Below, in pieces: positions 1 to 14,065 of a DNA stretch of 64,000 bases. The translations under genes and the position numbers were made by a program. Source of the stretch: Octopus vulgaris (Eukaryota); the NCBI GenBank assembly GCA_951406725.2, contig OX597816.1, positions 82,956,001-83,020,000 on the forward strand. Reading direction: 5' to 3'. The notes beneath the pieces were generated by a model. It saw only the letters and a list, made by a program, of their open reading frames with translations, had not been told where the DNA came from and searched no databases. Position 1 is the first letter of the stretch. Every line of letters begins with the position of its first letter.

Positions 1-99
1 ATTGTTTAGTAAAGCGCATTTATTAGAAAGAGACAGAAAACTGTTTCATGTAACGGCCACAATACTCTTATCCAATTTAGGGTTAGAATGGTATATTAG

Positions 100-780
100 G
101 AAGAGTGAAGAGAAGAATAAATGGTCTCTATAATAGAATTTAGCAGAAACAAAATACACTGAAGATAGAAAACTGGAAAGAATATTTGTTTTTTTAGTCA
201 GTGGGATTCTACGGTAAGTAGAAGAGAACAGAAAGAGAACATTGAACCAACCTTGATCAAAAGTTGGAGGACCGGAGAAGGAGATAAAATCCTCGATGAT
301 GATGGTGGAAGAACAAGTGGATAACAACTACTATTAAAGAAAAACAGAAAAGCCAAGAAGAGAGAAAAGGAAACTGTCAATTATTTTGTGTGAAAATATA
401 GAAAGATGACTTTAACAGAATATATAAAAAATCTATGAATATGGTGTTATTTGGAAGTTTGGATTCAAAGAAGATAAAAAAAGAGCCAACTTGTAAAATC
501 ACTTCTCTAAAACTGTTATTGAAATCGACTATTGTCAGATCTTGTGGGATTTCTCTGTATAAGTTAAACTCTTAATAGATGCTACTTATCAGATAGAATC
601 ATTATATATAAAGGCAACATACGTGATATCAGGGATATTACTATGCCATATATCAGTTAAAGCGAAGAAAAAATATTTAAAGAATTAGACTTGGCCGGAG
701 AACTGAGAAATCTTTGGGACGCGAGCGGGTGTTGTTCCTGTTATAGCAACGGTCTAAGAAACTCCAAAGACACTGGAAAT
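100..780 (+). mobile_element. Heavily decayed 3' part of an R4/Dong-type (RLE) non-LTR retrotransposon
   Basis: Fragmentary translations CQILWDF (~533-553) and DLAGELRNLWD..VVPVIA (~688-748) match the restriction-like endonuclease C-terminus seen better preserved at 45780-46150; many stops and frameshifts. Confidence 0.5.
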
Positions 781-799
781 GCATTCGAAGCAGCAGCAG

Positions 800-1110
800 A
801 GGTCTTCTGCTATGCATCACTAGTTGGGCCGATCGAGTCCCCGTTTCCACAAGGCAGTACAGCTTCATGATTACCTCGTGGCGTTCGGGGTTCATCAGGA
901 TTTACATCTCCATGCACATCCATCCGGACTGCATGATATGGGGTTCACCTACAGCGCATCACCCAGTGACATTGCACCACAGACGTGACAAGAATCTAAG
1001 AGCCTCCGTTGGTACCAATGTGTCTGGCCGCGGTCCTTCTTGTTATCCTGCTCATGTAATGCAACATCATCATGTAGATAAGCGTGTAGTGCACGGACAC
1101 TGCATCACTG
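800..1110 (-). pseudogene. Possible decayed dUTPase-like coding relic
   Basis: Minus-strand fragments across frameshifts (GQTLVPTE, DVHGDVNPD..RGNHEAVL, GDSI/AQLV) occur in the order of trimeric dUTPase motifs (LVPT, GVIDxDYRGNxxVxL, GDRIAQL). Spacing is imperfect. Confidence 0.3.
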
Positions 1111-1580
1111 CTGTTTTGTTTAGTGCTCAGTATGAAATAACAAATACGCGCTTCAATATGTTCAGTCTATGTCAAGGAAGTACATATCTAGACATGCATC
1201 AACTATCTATCAAGAACCGTAGATATTAAAGTCATGTAATCAACAAATCTAATATCTATGAAAAGGGGTTCAGTGAGAGCTAGACTTTTATCCAAGTCTT
1301 TCACGTCTTTCATGACAAACTTCAGGAAAACTTCGCAATGGATTGTATATATATATATGTATACACACACACACTCACATCAAATTAATCCTGATGACGA
1401 CCCGATATTTTTGTATAGCGACGGATCTACTAATATTTCTAACATCTTCAACAGCGCCTTCAACCAGCTCGTGTCAAAGGTAACTTTAAAGTCGATGAGG
1501 TAATGTAAAGTTATTTGATTTGCTTTTTGGAATCAATAGAATTATTGTAAAAGCAAATTTAGCAATAGTTTTATATAATC

Positions 1581-1955
1581 CCTTCTAATTTTAGCACAAG
1601 CCCAGAAATTTGGAAGGGAGAGGTACTTTTTCTATCGACCTTAAAAATTTGAAAGGCAAAGTCAACCTCAGCATTATTTGATTCAAAACGTAATGCCAGA
1701 AGAAATGCTGCGAAGCATTTTGCCCAGCTCGCCTCATTATTAGTAAACATAACATCAATAAGGATTCATGATTTAGCTAGAGGGCTAGTAGTTTCGCGGT
1801 AGTGGTTCGCCGATTACATCGAGCTCACTACGTAACAGGTAATTTATCGAACCTGAAAAGATAAAGTTGACTCGACAGGGGGTTTGAACTAAGAACCAGA
1901 ACATATACAGCGATGCATTTTTACGACGATCTAAGGCATCTCCAGCTTGCCGTCT
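1581..1955 (-). mobile_element. Two decayed copies of tRNA-derived SINE family A
   Basis: Reverse complement of the GAAAGGCAAAGTCGACC...GAACTCAGAAC...CAGCTCGCC pattern shared with 10538-10940 and other copies. Confidence 0.6.
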
Positions 1956-2094
1956 TGCATTAATATTGAAAATAAGAGTGGTTTATTAATAATTATGATA
2001 AAACTCCAGCAGCAGATTTTTTAGCCTTATTCTTTTCCTTCTTGTTACAAGAAGCCATACTGAAATGACGAAATCATACGCACTATAACTTACA

Positions 2095-2179
2095 TGCATA
2101 TGTATGTATATATGAATGTATGAACGGATGCACGTATATATATATATATACATGCTTACACACACACACACACACACAC

Positions 2180-2234
<55 letters not shown>

Positions 2235-2300
2235 GCTGTGTGTGTGTGTGTGTGTGTATGCATGCATGTGTGTCTGTGTGTGTATTTTCACCCTTATACA

Positions 2301-2333
<33 letters not shown>

Positions 2334-2377
2334 GTATATATGAAAGTATGAACGGATGTATGTATATATATAATATA

Positions 2378-2453
<76 letters not shown>

Positions 2454-2516
2454 TACATACATACACACACACACACACATATATATATGTTAGAAATATT
2501 TACGTACACACATATC

Positions 2517-2576
<60 letters not shown>

Positions 2577-2952
2577 ATTCACATATATGTGCCCACGCAC
2601 GTACACACATGCACGCTCATATATATATACATACATACAGGCACACACACACACATACGTGGTGTTTTTTTTTGTTACAGCAATAAAGCCTGCTCCATAG
2701 ATTTCTCACATCTATAAAACACATGTACGTTTCCTACAGCACAACAATATATATAGACACGAGAGCTTGAGAATGATTGATGGACATATACCTAGAGAAA
2801 TGTTGTAGACATATACACATGCACACATACGCATTCACAGATAAACACATTCTTAATACATACATGCATATATATATATATATATGTGTGTATGCATGTG
2901 TGTTCGTGTTTGTACATATGTATAGTACATATACACACATATGTATATATGC

Positions 2953-3019
<67 letters not shown>

Positions 3020-3053
3020 TTTTGGCCATTGAGAATATGTTTTTGTGCTTATA

Positions 3054-3104
<51 letters not shown>

Positions 3105-3210
3105 GTATGGCCATTGCGAATGTTTCTATATTATGCATATACGCACATATATATCTATACAGACACATGTATATAGACAGGCATTTATACATATACACAC
3201 ATACATAATA
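2095..3210. repeat. Microsatellite cluster (TA)n/(CA)n/(TATC)n
   Basis: Directly visible; source of the YI/HT/LSIY ORFs. Similar clusters recur throughout the window. Confidence 0.95.
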
Positions 3211-3340
3211 TAAGTATTATATTATAGTTTTGGCAACTAAAGAAACCGGGCAATGACAAGAGTGTAGAAAAAAGGCAATATATTCTCATTTAGAATACGT
3301 TAACTACAGAATGGAGAATGTCAATGTGATGGATGGAAAA

Positions 3341-3408
<68 letters not shown>

Positions 3409-5689
3409 CAACAATAATAATGATAATAATAATAATAATAAAAGCCGTATAGATATTTTTGTTTCTTGTTTGTATTCCATGAAAAAGAAATGAAAGAAAA
3501 GAACTCTCACGCATACAGATAAACGTATACAAAGAAAACAAACATAAATAACAAAAAAAAATCATGCAAAATAAAAGGCAACAAAAAATAGGAAAGCCTA
3601 AGACAAACCAAATTGAAACTCTTTTGTAATTTCATTGATGTGAACATATCTGGAATATGTAGTACGTCTCGTACCCATACCACTACCCGCAACATCACGT
3701 CTTTTATGTGGTCTTACCATCGTATCTTTTCTTTCTCTCGATGTCTTTCCCTGCCTTCCTTCCTTCCTTCCTTCCTTCCTTTCGACTTTTGCTTCCTTTC
3801 GACTTTTGCTTCCTTTTCAACTCTATCTCACTCACCTTTTTCTGCTTTTTAGGTCTTTATTTTACCGATGATGTTTCCACAAACTCTTCGATAGATAAAT
3901 TGGTAATAATGTTTAGTACCTGAAAGAAGCAGATATCACACCACAAGTTATCAATTCTTTATCTTTTATGAAAATTCTGATGACATCTCGTTAAAAAAAA
4001 AAAAACCCAAAAAACCTACTCGATTCATTTTTTTTTGTTTTTGGGAAAAAATATCTGATGACATCTCGTTTTGTTTAGTTTGTTGGTTGTTCACTTGATG
4101 TTCGTTATTTAAAAAAAAAATTGCCCTATCTTTTTCATTCTTTTCTCCTTTATAGAGATGACGCAATAGACCAATATACTTTTTGCTGGTTTGCGCCGTA
4201 AAAAAGCAGCTGTTTTTGTTGGTGTTGTTTAACCAAGATCAGATCTGAACGAGCAGACGTGATGGGCATCCAGCCATTTTTACAGACAACGTTATCCAAT
4301 GTAGCCGTATACTTTCAAATAATATTTTTGTTTACTTTTAGAAATGAGTTGTCAATTTGCATTAACATTTATATATATTTTGTTTTTATAAGAAATGTCT
4401 TATTTTCCTCCGATGCTATCTTCATAAATTAACTAAATGATGCCGTTGGGAAATGAAAACAAAAATCTCTAATAATGATGTTTAATAACCTACTTTTAAA
4501 CATTTACTTATTCGTTTTACTTACACAGAATATTTATGTTTAATTTTGTATCTCACCGATTTCATTTTTTTTTTTTCGTTTTCAATCCCTCACTCATATG
4601 TCTCCAAAGCGAAAGATCACCAACAGCGGAATTTGACTACTATTTCTTACAGGACGAAACATCTGTATAGAAACTCCGCCGTTGCGCTGTGGTTGTTCCT
4701 GTTTATCTCCAGATCAGACAAGATCAAGCAAGTCTATGATCAAATGTATTTCAGTCGAAACTATTTCACTTTACGGAGAGTTTTTATCTCTCGGCCTGGG
4801 TAAAATGCAGTTCCTATGTCTTTTTCAAGGACTCTAGGAATTTTGTGAGGGGTAACAAAAGGTAAACTCAACTCTGACACCATTTAGCACGGAGTGGACT
4901 GCATTAAAGACAGCTAAGGATCACGTAATGACGTCAAACTGGATACTGATTAAGTATACCACTCAGACATAGTGTATCGAGACTACATTACTTCATGTAT
5001 TTTTCATTTCTTAAGACAGATTTGGAGGAGTATTGCTGTTATCTCTATGAATTCATGCGACTGCGTTGCAACTCTTACGCTTGTTCATTGAGGAAATCCA
5101 AAGCTAATAGTAGATACAGCCATTCTCTGCATGGTCTTTGGTTCGTGTTATGACTCACAAGCTTCAATTGGGTAAAAAGATGTACAAATTATCGCGCTAA
5201 GTAAAGATCTCTCTTCTTCATTATTGTTCCATACATGACACAAAGATATTTCCTAAGATCCAGGAGATTATTTCAGAGATGGTGTAAAGCTTTGGTTTCA
5301 CGGGAAACACTTTTCTTTACTCTGAAAAAGACGCCAAAAATTGCCTGCAACGGGTTCGAACTCAGAATCAATGAGTTCAGTACTTTGGTCACTCGTTTAA
5401 TTTGTCTGTCGATGACATCTCAGAGAAAGCTCTGTTCTTGTCTGTTTCACAGGACTGCTAATGCTGTTATTGTTCCAGATTATGACTAAACGAGCTGACC
5501 CAGAGGAAAGACATTCTAACAGTGAACGTCTCGTCAATATTTTATCAGACACATGCATCTAGGACTGCATTATCAATTTGGGTAATTAATTCTATTGAAT
5601 CAATTGTCTTCATTAAAGACATGTGATTTGCAGAAGAATATGGCTGCTTTTTCTAGCAAGTTTAGCGATTGTATAGAAGCCTCACTTGC

Positions 5690-5960
5690 TTTTGATTGTT
5701 AGGGTGAGGAACCGGACAGAGAGTGTACTTGGGGAGGAGCAGTGTGGTTTTAGGAGTCGAAGGGGGTGTGTAGATAAAATATTTGTAGTAAGGCAGATGC
5801 TTGAGAAGTTTTTGGCAAAAGGGAGGGAGATGTATTGGGTCTTTTTGGACCTAGAGAAGGTATATGACTGTGTGGACAGGGATGCAATGTAGCAGGTGTT
5901 GCGGTTGTAAGGAGTTGATGGTGGATTGCTGAGAGCTGTTCAGAGTTTTTATAGAGAAGT
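5690..5960 (+). mobile_element. RTE-type LINE reverse transcriptase fragment
   Basis: EEQCGFRSRRGCVDKIFVVRQMLEK...FLDLEKVYDCVDR (RT motifs QxGFR and DLEKAYD), then in-frame stops. Confidence 0.85.
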
Positions 5961-6227
5961 ATATATAGCACGGAATTTTGTCAGTGAACAGGTCGAGGTC
6001 TCAAAGCAACGAAAGTATTTTAGCAAATTAAATTTAAATGTTGAAGTGAATCTAACAGATTTTGAGTTTGAAATGGCTTATAAACACCTTCCACGCTGCA
6101 ATTGTTTATATATATATATATATATATATATGGTGCTATGATCGCTTTTCTTTAAAGCAAAGTACTCAATACATAATAAATTAGTTTGTTTATTTTGGAC
6201 AACCGGAAACATCCTCCTCCTTATCAT

Positions 6228-6314
6228 CATCTTCTTCTTCTTCTTCTTCTTCTTCTTCTTCTTCTTCTTCTTCTTCTTCTTCTTCTTCTTCTTCTTCTTC
6301 TTCTTCTTCTTTTT

Positions 6315-6369
<55 letters not shown>

Positions 6370-6392
6370 CACTACCACCACCACCACCACCA
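6228..6392. repeat. Compound (CTT)n(CTA)n(CAC)n microsatellite abutting the RTE 3' end
   Basis: Directly visible. Confidence 0.95.
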
Positions 6393-7913
6393 CTGGCCGG
6401 CTCCTACTCGTATCCAAGCATTGGGTTCGTCAATTTCCAACCAGTCTCCTCGGCTGATGTTTGTGCCGAAAGTGACGTTAGAGTCCAAGTCGGTGGTGAA
6501 AGAGTCATGGGCGGAACTCGCACTGGATGGTCGGTGCAGGTCGAGGATGTTGAAGACGCTCCTTTCTTTTTCTGCGTTTTGCCTCTTCATTCTGTTGTCT
6601 GTTCTGCTCGAAGGAGCTGGCTCTATTGCGGATAGCAGTCCTCCAGGCTGTCCTATTCATGGAAATCCGTTCCCATGAGGGTGGCTGGATGTTAGCTTGA
6701 GCCAAGGTCCGTTTAAAACGGAATTTCGGACCTCCTCTGAGTCTTGTTCCGATTGCAAGTTCTCTGTAGAGCATGATCCTTGGGAGACGAGAGGGCTCCA
6801 TACGCTGGACGTGACCCGCCCAGCGGAGACGATGGCATAGAATGATGGCTTCGACACTTGGTATTGAGGCGCGGCGAAGAACCTCGTTGTTGGTAACGCG
6901 ATCTTTCCATCGTATGTTGAGGATTTGTCGTAGCTTCGATTGCTGGAAGCATTCAAGGCACTTGAAGTCACGGAGGTACAACGTCCAAGTCTCACAAGCA
7001 TAGAGTAGAGTTGACAGGACAATGGCACGGGAGACCCTGATATTTGTCCGGATGGTCAGCGCATGATTGAAGAATACACGTTGGCTGAGTCTGCCGAAGG
7101 TGGAGTTGGCTGCCCCAATCCGGTTCTCCACGTCCCTTTCACACGTGGGGTCTTCGAAAGGATATTTCCAAGGTATGTGAAGTGTTCAACTTCTAGGGGT
7201 TGGCCGTTGATGCTAATGTTTGTGGGTGAACTGTTCTGGCCTGGTACAGGTTGGATCAGTGACTTGGTCTTCAATGTGTTTACCTGCATCCCGTAGCGTT
7301 CGTAAGCCGCGTTGCAAAGATCGGCCGTCCTTTGTAGGCCATCTGCGGTCCGGCTCCGAGTGGCATTGACATCGGCATACTGCATCTCACAGACTGAGAT
7401 AGCGGAGGTCCTCGTCTTTGGACGAAGGCGTGCAAGATTGAAGAGGCCGCCATCCAAGCGATAGTGCATGTTGATGGAAGGTGAGTCTAGTGGGATTTCG
7501 TTGAACATGGCGGCCATGTAGAATGAGAAATAGGTTGGTTCTAGTGATGGGAAACGGGTCTGTGAGGGCATTTTGATGGCATACCCTACTCATCATGCCG
7601 TCTTGGAGGGAGCGGACCCAGGCAATGAAGTCATCCGGACATCCTAACCGTGCAAGGACGGCTCACAATGCCTGACGAGGGAGCTTGTCAAAGGCTTTCT
7701 TTAGATCACAGACGATGACCATTGCCGGCTGTTGTTGTTCCTGACACTTTGCTTTCCCAGATCTCGAGGATAAGAAACATCAGATGATGTTTCTCAGGAC
7801 CTCCGTGCGTGAAAAACTCAAACGGGATGTTGTCTGGTCCAGGAGCTTTCCCCGGCTTCATGCGCGCAAGTACCTTGTTGAGCTCATGAGTTCAACCAGG
7901 CACTTGCGCGCAG

Positions 7914-7915
<2 letters not shown>
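6393..7915 (-). mobile_element. 5'-truncated RTE (BovB-like) LINE, frameshifted RT and C-terminal domain
   Basis: KAPGPDNIP, DLRKAFD, QYADV, FTYLG, STLLYACETWT, RLRWAGHVQRM..RLPRIMLY in ORFs 7056-7571 and 6505-7131 and flanks; internal deletion near 7755; (TAC)n on both sides. Confidence 0.93.
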
Positions 7916-7991
<76 letters not shown>

Positions 7992-8013
7992 ACTACTACT
8001 ACTGCTGCTGCTG

Positions 8014-8053
<40 letters not shown>

Positions 8054-8104
8054 AACTAAATATGTATATATATATGTATATATATATGTATATATATCAT
8101 TATA

Positions 8105-8315
8105 TCAACCAGGCTATCGGATATCGTTTTACTCCGCTGACCACAATGCCTTCCCTCGTATTGTGTTGTAGTTCTCAAATGATGCCATCCTGCTGGCTAT
8201 ATGGGCAGGCCGATATTTCCTCCGAACGAGACCTCGGTCCATTACCGGTTTAGCAGCCTCTGCGAATCGAAACCACAATCTTGCGATTGGGAGTGCAACA
8301 CCCTAATCACTAGGT
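8105..8315 (-). mobile_element. tRNA-derived SINE family D, decayed
   Basis: Shares CCAGGCTATC.. and GAATCGAA..CAC.ATC..GCGAT..GAGTG with 56620-56860. Confidence 0.55.
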
Positions 8316-8422
8316 CTCGAACACACATACATATACGTATATGTATACATATAGCCATCGATCGATCGATTCATCCATCCATCCCTCCTTCCGTCCATCC
8401 TATCTGTCTGTCGGTCTGTCGA

Positions 8423-8548
<126 letters not shown>

Positions 8549-9223
8549 AACATATACATATGTATATATGTATGTGCATGTATATATATATATATATATG
8601 TTTGTATATGTATATATATATATGTGTGTGTGTGTGTGTTTGTGTGTGTATGTGTGCATGTATGTATCTACGTATCTATGCATCTGCGTGTAATGCGTTT
8701 ATGTGTCTGTAATAACACAGACTGTGTTAATACTGGTGCAAAGCGACTGAGAAATATTACATAGCTCTAGAAAGGTTGGGAAGGGGAGATGAAATTTAAA
8801 ATGTTTAATGATTGAAGGGGGCGGGTGATGGTGAACTTGTCCTTCCATCGTTGTGTAGTGTCATGAAAGTTGAAAGCATAAAGTTCCAACGACATACCAC
8901 CCACAGAATGGTAACGGAAGCTTACGATTTGATGTTTTTGCCAGAAGGAAACTGTCTTTTACAAGGCACACCCATGTTAGTTGCTTCTATTAAAAATGAT
9001 TTCTAATAGTCTGGAGTTTCGTTCTAATTTTGATAAAAGTTTAACAGTTATTCCCGAAATCTTTCTCCCTCCGTTCCTTTTCTTCCTTCTGTTTTATGTA
9101 TGTATGTATGTATGTATGTATGTATGTATGTATGTATGTATGTATGTATGTATGTATGTATGCATAAATATATACTCACATACACATATTTCTATATGCA
9201 TCCATCTATCCACAAGCACACAC

Positions 9224-9255
<32 letters not shown>

Positions 9256-9323
9256 GTTTGTTTATGCGTGTATAAACATATACTGTAATATATGAACATA
9301 TATATAAATATATATACACACAC

Positions 9324-9402
<79 letters not shown>

Positions 9403-10537
9403 TAAGGATAAGCAGATATATACATACATTTATATACACATATTTGTAGTATGCTATATGTACGTATATATCTATATGTATGTATATGTATTCATTTATA
9501 CACACGCACGCACACACACACACACACGCATACACACACAGACACACACACACACAAATGCATACAGGGATATGCGTAATCCTCGGTCCACAGAAACATA
9601 TGTAGTCCTCAGCTTTTAATGTTTCTGTTTGTTTTTTTACCGTCATTCACCTATGTTTCACTACCTCACTTTGTTGCTCCTTCACATTTATTTTCGTTCA
9701 CCATTGTTTACTGTTATACTTGACTGCTTGTTTATTTCTCTACTGACACATTTAGTGATTTTGTCTACTATCGCCATTAGGTGCCCTGCTTCTGCTCTCA
9801 GTTAATTGTTCACTGCTTCTATTGTCTCTTCCGGTCATACTTTTACTCTCTTAGGCAGTAGATGTTCTCCACTATCCCTGTTCTTCGATCTTCTTTCTCT
9901 TCTGTTGGCTAAATGCTATCGTTAGTTGCTTTCAGTCGCCAGTTTCTATCCTCCCATCCAACCGATCTTATTCACTGCTATTTTCCATTGCTGCTCATGT
10001 TCATTGCTTCCATTGTTCGCCGCTGTTTTTACTCTCCCTGTTAACTGTTTTTGTTCATCGCTTCTTTTTTCCTCCATTTTATCTACACCCTCATCCAATT
10101 ACTCCAGCTAACCGCTTCTATTGTCCACCATTGATTCTACTTTCCTATTTAGCTACACTTGTTCATTGCTTTTCTTGTTCACCGTTGTTTCTTCCCTCTC
10201 ACTGAACTGCTCCTGTTCACTGTTTCTGCTGGTTCACACTTACAGTTAAATATTCTGACTCACTGCTTCTGTTTTCCGTCACTGTATATATATTGCCAGC
10301 TACCATCTCACTTAGCTGCTTCTGACCAGTTTCTATTGTCTGCCTGCCAGTGTTTCGACTCTCCCTGTTAGCTGTTCTTGTTCACCGCTTCTGCTACAGG
10401 ATCTGATTCTATTCTTTAAGCTAACTGATCCTTTTTACAGGCTACTTTTAGTTAAAATCATTTTTTCAATTGCCTTAATTTTACCCTTTCATTTTGCACT
10501 AATCCAACTAACCCAGTTTAACTACTCCATTTGTTAA

Positions 10538-10940
10538 GGCAGCGAGCTGGCAGAAACGTTAGCGCGCCGGGCAAAATGCTTAGCGGTATTTCGTCTGTCG
10601 TTACGTTGTGAGTTCAAATTCCGCCGATGTCGACTTTGCCTTTCATCCTTTCGGGGTCGATAAATTAAGTACCAGTTACGCACTGGGGTCGATGTAATCG
10701 ACTTAATACCTATGTCTGTCCTTGTTTGTCCTTTCTATGTTTAGCCCCTTGTGGGTAATAAAGAAATAGGTATTTCGTCTGTCTTTACGTTCTGAGTTCA
10801 AGTTCCACCGAGGTTGACTTTTCCTTTCATCCTTTCGGGGTCGATAAATTAAGTACCAGTTGCGTACTGGGGTCAATCTAATCGACTGCCCCCCACTCCC
10901 ACAAAATTTCGGGCCTTATGCTTAGAGTAGAAAAGAATAT
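10538..10940 (+). mobile_element. tRNA-derived SINE family A, dimeric copy
   Basis: Head GGCAGCGAGCTGGCAGAAACGTTAGC, B-box-like GAGTTCAAATTCC, core CCTTTCATCCTTTCGGGGTCGATAAATTAAGTACCAG present twice. Confidence 0.9.
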
Positions 10941-11087
10941 ATTACTTTGTTTTTCTTGTTATTAGTGATATTGCGCATGCATTGTCTCAGTTAACAACTT
11001 TTGTTCACTACCCTTAGTTTACCGACTTTGTCTGAACAAAAAAAGGTTTTTGACATTTCACATACTAAACTGTACCCGGTCAAATAC

Positions 11088-11270
11088 TGCTGACGCTGCT
11101 GACACTGGTAACGCCGATAACGTCGCAAACGTCGCAAACGCCGCAAACGCCGCTAACGCCGCAAACGCCGCTAATGCCGCAAACGCCGCTAACGCCGCTA
11201 ACGCCGCTAACGCCGCTAACGCCGCTAACGCCGCTAACGCCGCAAACGCCGCTAACGCCGCTGACACCGC
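11088..11270. repeat. 9-bp GC-rich minisatellite (AACGCCGCW)n
   Basis: Tandem AACGCCGCT/AACGCCGCA units degenerating at both ends; gives the ANA/TPL/ALA ORFs. Confidence 0.95.
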
Positions 11271-11670
11271 TTCCACCAGGCCACTACTCTACTACTACTA
11301 ACACCAGCAGCTTGCATTTGGGTGCCTTTAGCAGAATTCATTCCAAGCATGTCCCAATAACTTGACGCGCTATTTCCTATTGTAGCTCCCCCAAACAGTC
11401 TTGGAAACTATACTGCAGGCCTTAGGTGCTGCCCATTAAAAAATTAGCATCTAACGGTACGAAATAAATAAACAGAAGTAAAAGTAAAACAAATGAAATT
11501 AACAGCAACTTTCTCCTGACAAGTCTTATCTTCTCATGTCTTCACGTTTCCAATTCCGTTTTCTGGCCATTGGGTCTTTGGAACCAATTGCGATGTCGAG
11601 AGTCACACACGGGTATTGAGTGACAAGCACTGGATGCCGCCAACGCTACTGCCGCTACAGCTGTTGCTGT

Positions 11671-11742
<72 letters not shown>

Positions 11743-12292
11743 GGTTGTTGTTGTTATTGTTAAGTAGCAAGACGGGTAAGGGTGATTAGGTGATGGTCTA
11801 GGGCTTAGGGGCGGGAGACTCCAGACCTTGTAAAAAAAAGAAAAATTTGGTCGTCTTGTTGTGGTCGAGGGTTCTTCGTTGACGCCTGACACCACTGGGA
11901 GGTGGCCCTCGAAGTCGCTGGAAATGGAGATCTCCAGGTCCAAATTCTTGGAAGGCTGCTGCTGCTGCTGCTGTTCTTACTGTTGCAATTCCCGCTCTCC
12001 CTTTCTACTGCTGTTGCTACGGCTTCTGTGTAATATAAGGAAGTTTATGGTTTCTGCTGGTTAAGGTAAACATGATGATTATGAAGTTGGCGATAATATT
12101 TATAATGATGCTTACAGCAATAAAGTTGATGATGTCAACGACAGTGATGATCCTGCCACGGCTGCTGCTGCTGATAAATTGCGATAGTGAAAACGTCGGC
12201 AAAGATTTTGAGTGAGTGATGGTAAGAAGAAATTTGCGGAAACGTGGGAAGGGGGCATACACAGCGAGGATAACAAGGTAACGTTGATTTTA

Positions 12293-12411
<119 letters not shown>

Positions 12412-12795
12412 CATATATTTTTCGTTTCACGAACAGTCGGTCCGTTTCCAGATATCTGAGAATTAAAGAGTTGACGTTTGTTTAGACATTTTCACCCTTC
12501 GTTCTTTGTTTCCAGAACATTCTTCATGTATTTGTTTGACATTTAATAGTATCGTATATCATTAGAATAGGTTAAAATGGTTGACTTGCCGAATTACCAC
12601 AGCATGTTCGCATTCTTAAGCAAGCTCTTCTTGTTTTTGTTTATACTTATCTTTTTTTGTTGGCTTTTGTTTTAGTTTTTGTCGTTCTTTGTTTTCATCT
12701 ATAATTTCATTTCTCTTTTTCTTTATACTTTGCATTTGTTTATTTGTATTTGGCTATTCAAATTTTCTTTTTATTCAATGTAGTGCCCTCAAATG

Positions 12796-12846
<51 letters not shown>

Positions 12847-12931
12847 CATACATATATAATATATACATATATATACATATATACATACATATATATATAT
12901 ACATATATATACATGTGAGTATGCGCGTATG

Positions 12932-12968
<37 letters not shown>

Positions 12969-13113
12969 TATTCATATACATATACACATATATACATATA
13001 TATATGAAATTATGTATGTCTACAAAACTACTTACCTACCTACCTACTTATACACTTCTCAACCTCTCACTACCTACCTAGCTACCTATCTACCTACCTT
13101 CCTACGTTCCCAC

Positions 13114-13250
<137 letters not shown>

Positions 13251-13260
13251 AACTTATACT

Positions 13261-13435
13261 GACGCATATGCAGGCATAAGTTTGTCGTTAAGGACTTTGT
13301 TCCGCAATCATATGGTTCAGTGTTCGATCCTACTTCACGGCAAATTGGGTAAATGGTTTGTACTATAGAATCAAGCAGACAAAACCTTTGATAACTGGAA
13401 TATAGTAGACGGCGAGGGCACAGGAGACTACCATA
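13261..13435 (+). mobile_element. SINE family B, decayed 5' part
   Basis: Similar to 52234-52400 (CATGGTTCAG..TTCGATCC..TTGGGTAAATG..TACTATAG..CAAAACCTT..GTAGACGG). Confidence 0.6.
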
Positions 13436-13438
13436 CAT

Positions 13439-13503
<65 letters not shown>

Positions 13504-14014
13504 TGTATGCATGTATATATGGATGGATGAATGTATACGCACACGTGTGTGCGAGTGGAGTGAGTGTGTTATATTTCCCGATATATTCAAGCAATCGAGT
13601 TAATAAAGGAACCATTTTGTATTTGCATAAAATAAAAAGTTGTTTTATAAATATCAAGTCTCAAGTACACACGCGCGCACATACTCTCAGTGTAAGCATT
13701 CATATCATTAAACATTTCTTTTATTTATTAAATAAACACTCTCAGAAGAATCATAAATGCAATAAATATTTTAATAGAAATAATTTTAAATTTAGCTTCA
13801 GCTGCACGTAGATATGTAACATAAATAGTAAACACCAATAGAAAAAAAGCTAATACAATAATCTACATCTAATATTTTCCCTTTACGTTACTGTCTTAAC
13901 TTGGTAAATTGCTCAATAATTATCTGTACGTATTGTATGTATTTGTATATGTGTATATATAAATATACAAATACCTGTATATAACAGGAAATAAAATAGA
14001 TATATACATACCAA

Positions 14015-14062
<48 letters not shown>

Positions 14063-14065
<3 letters not shown>

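Noticed and set aside
1986-3213. Numerous ORFs of [16 protein letters not shown]/poly-I/poly-Y type here and throughout the window
   Set aside because: Translations of stop-free di-, tri- and tetranucleotide microsatellites; no coding evidence.
11088-11270. Regular short repeats as a CRISPR array or antifreeze-like Ala-rich gene
   Set aside because: Contiguous 9-bp units with no spacers, eukaryotic context, no supported gene structure.
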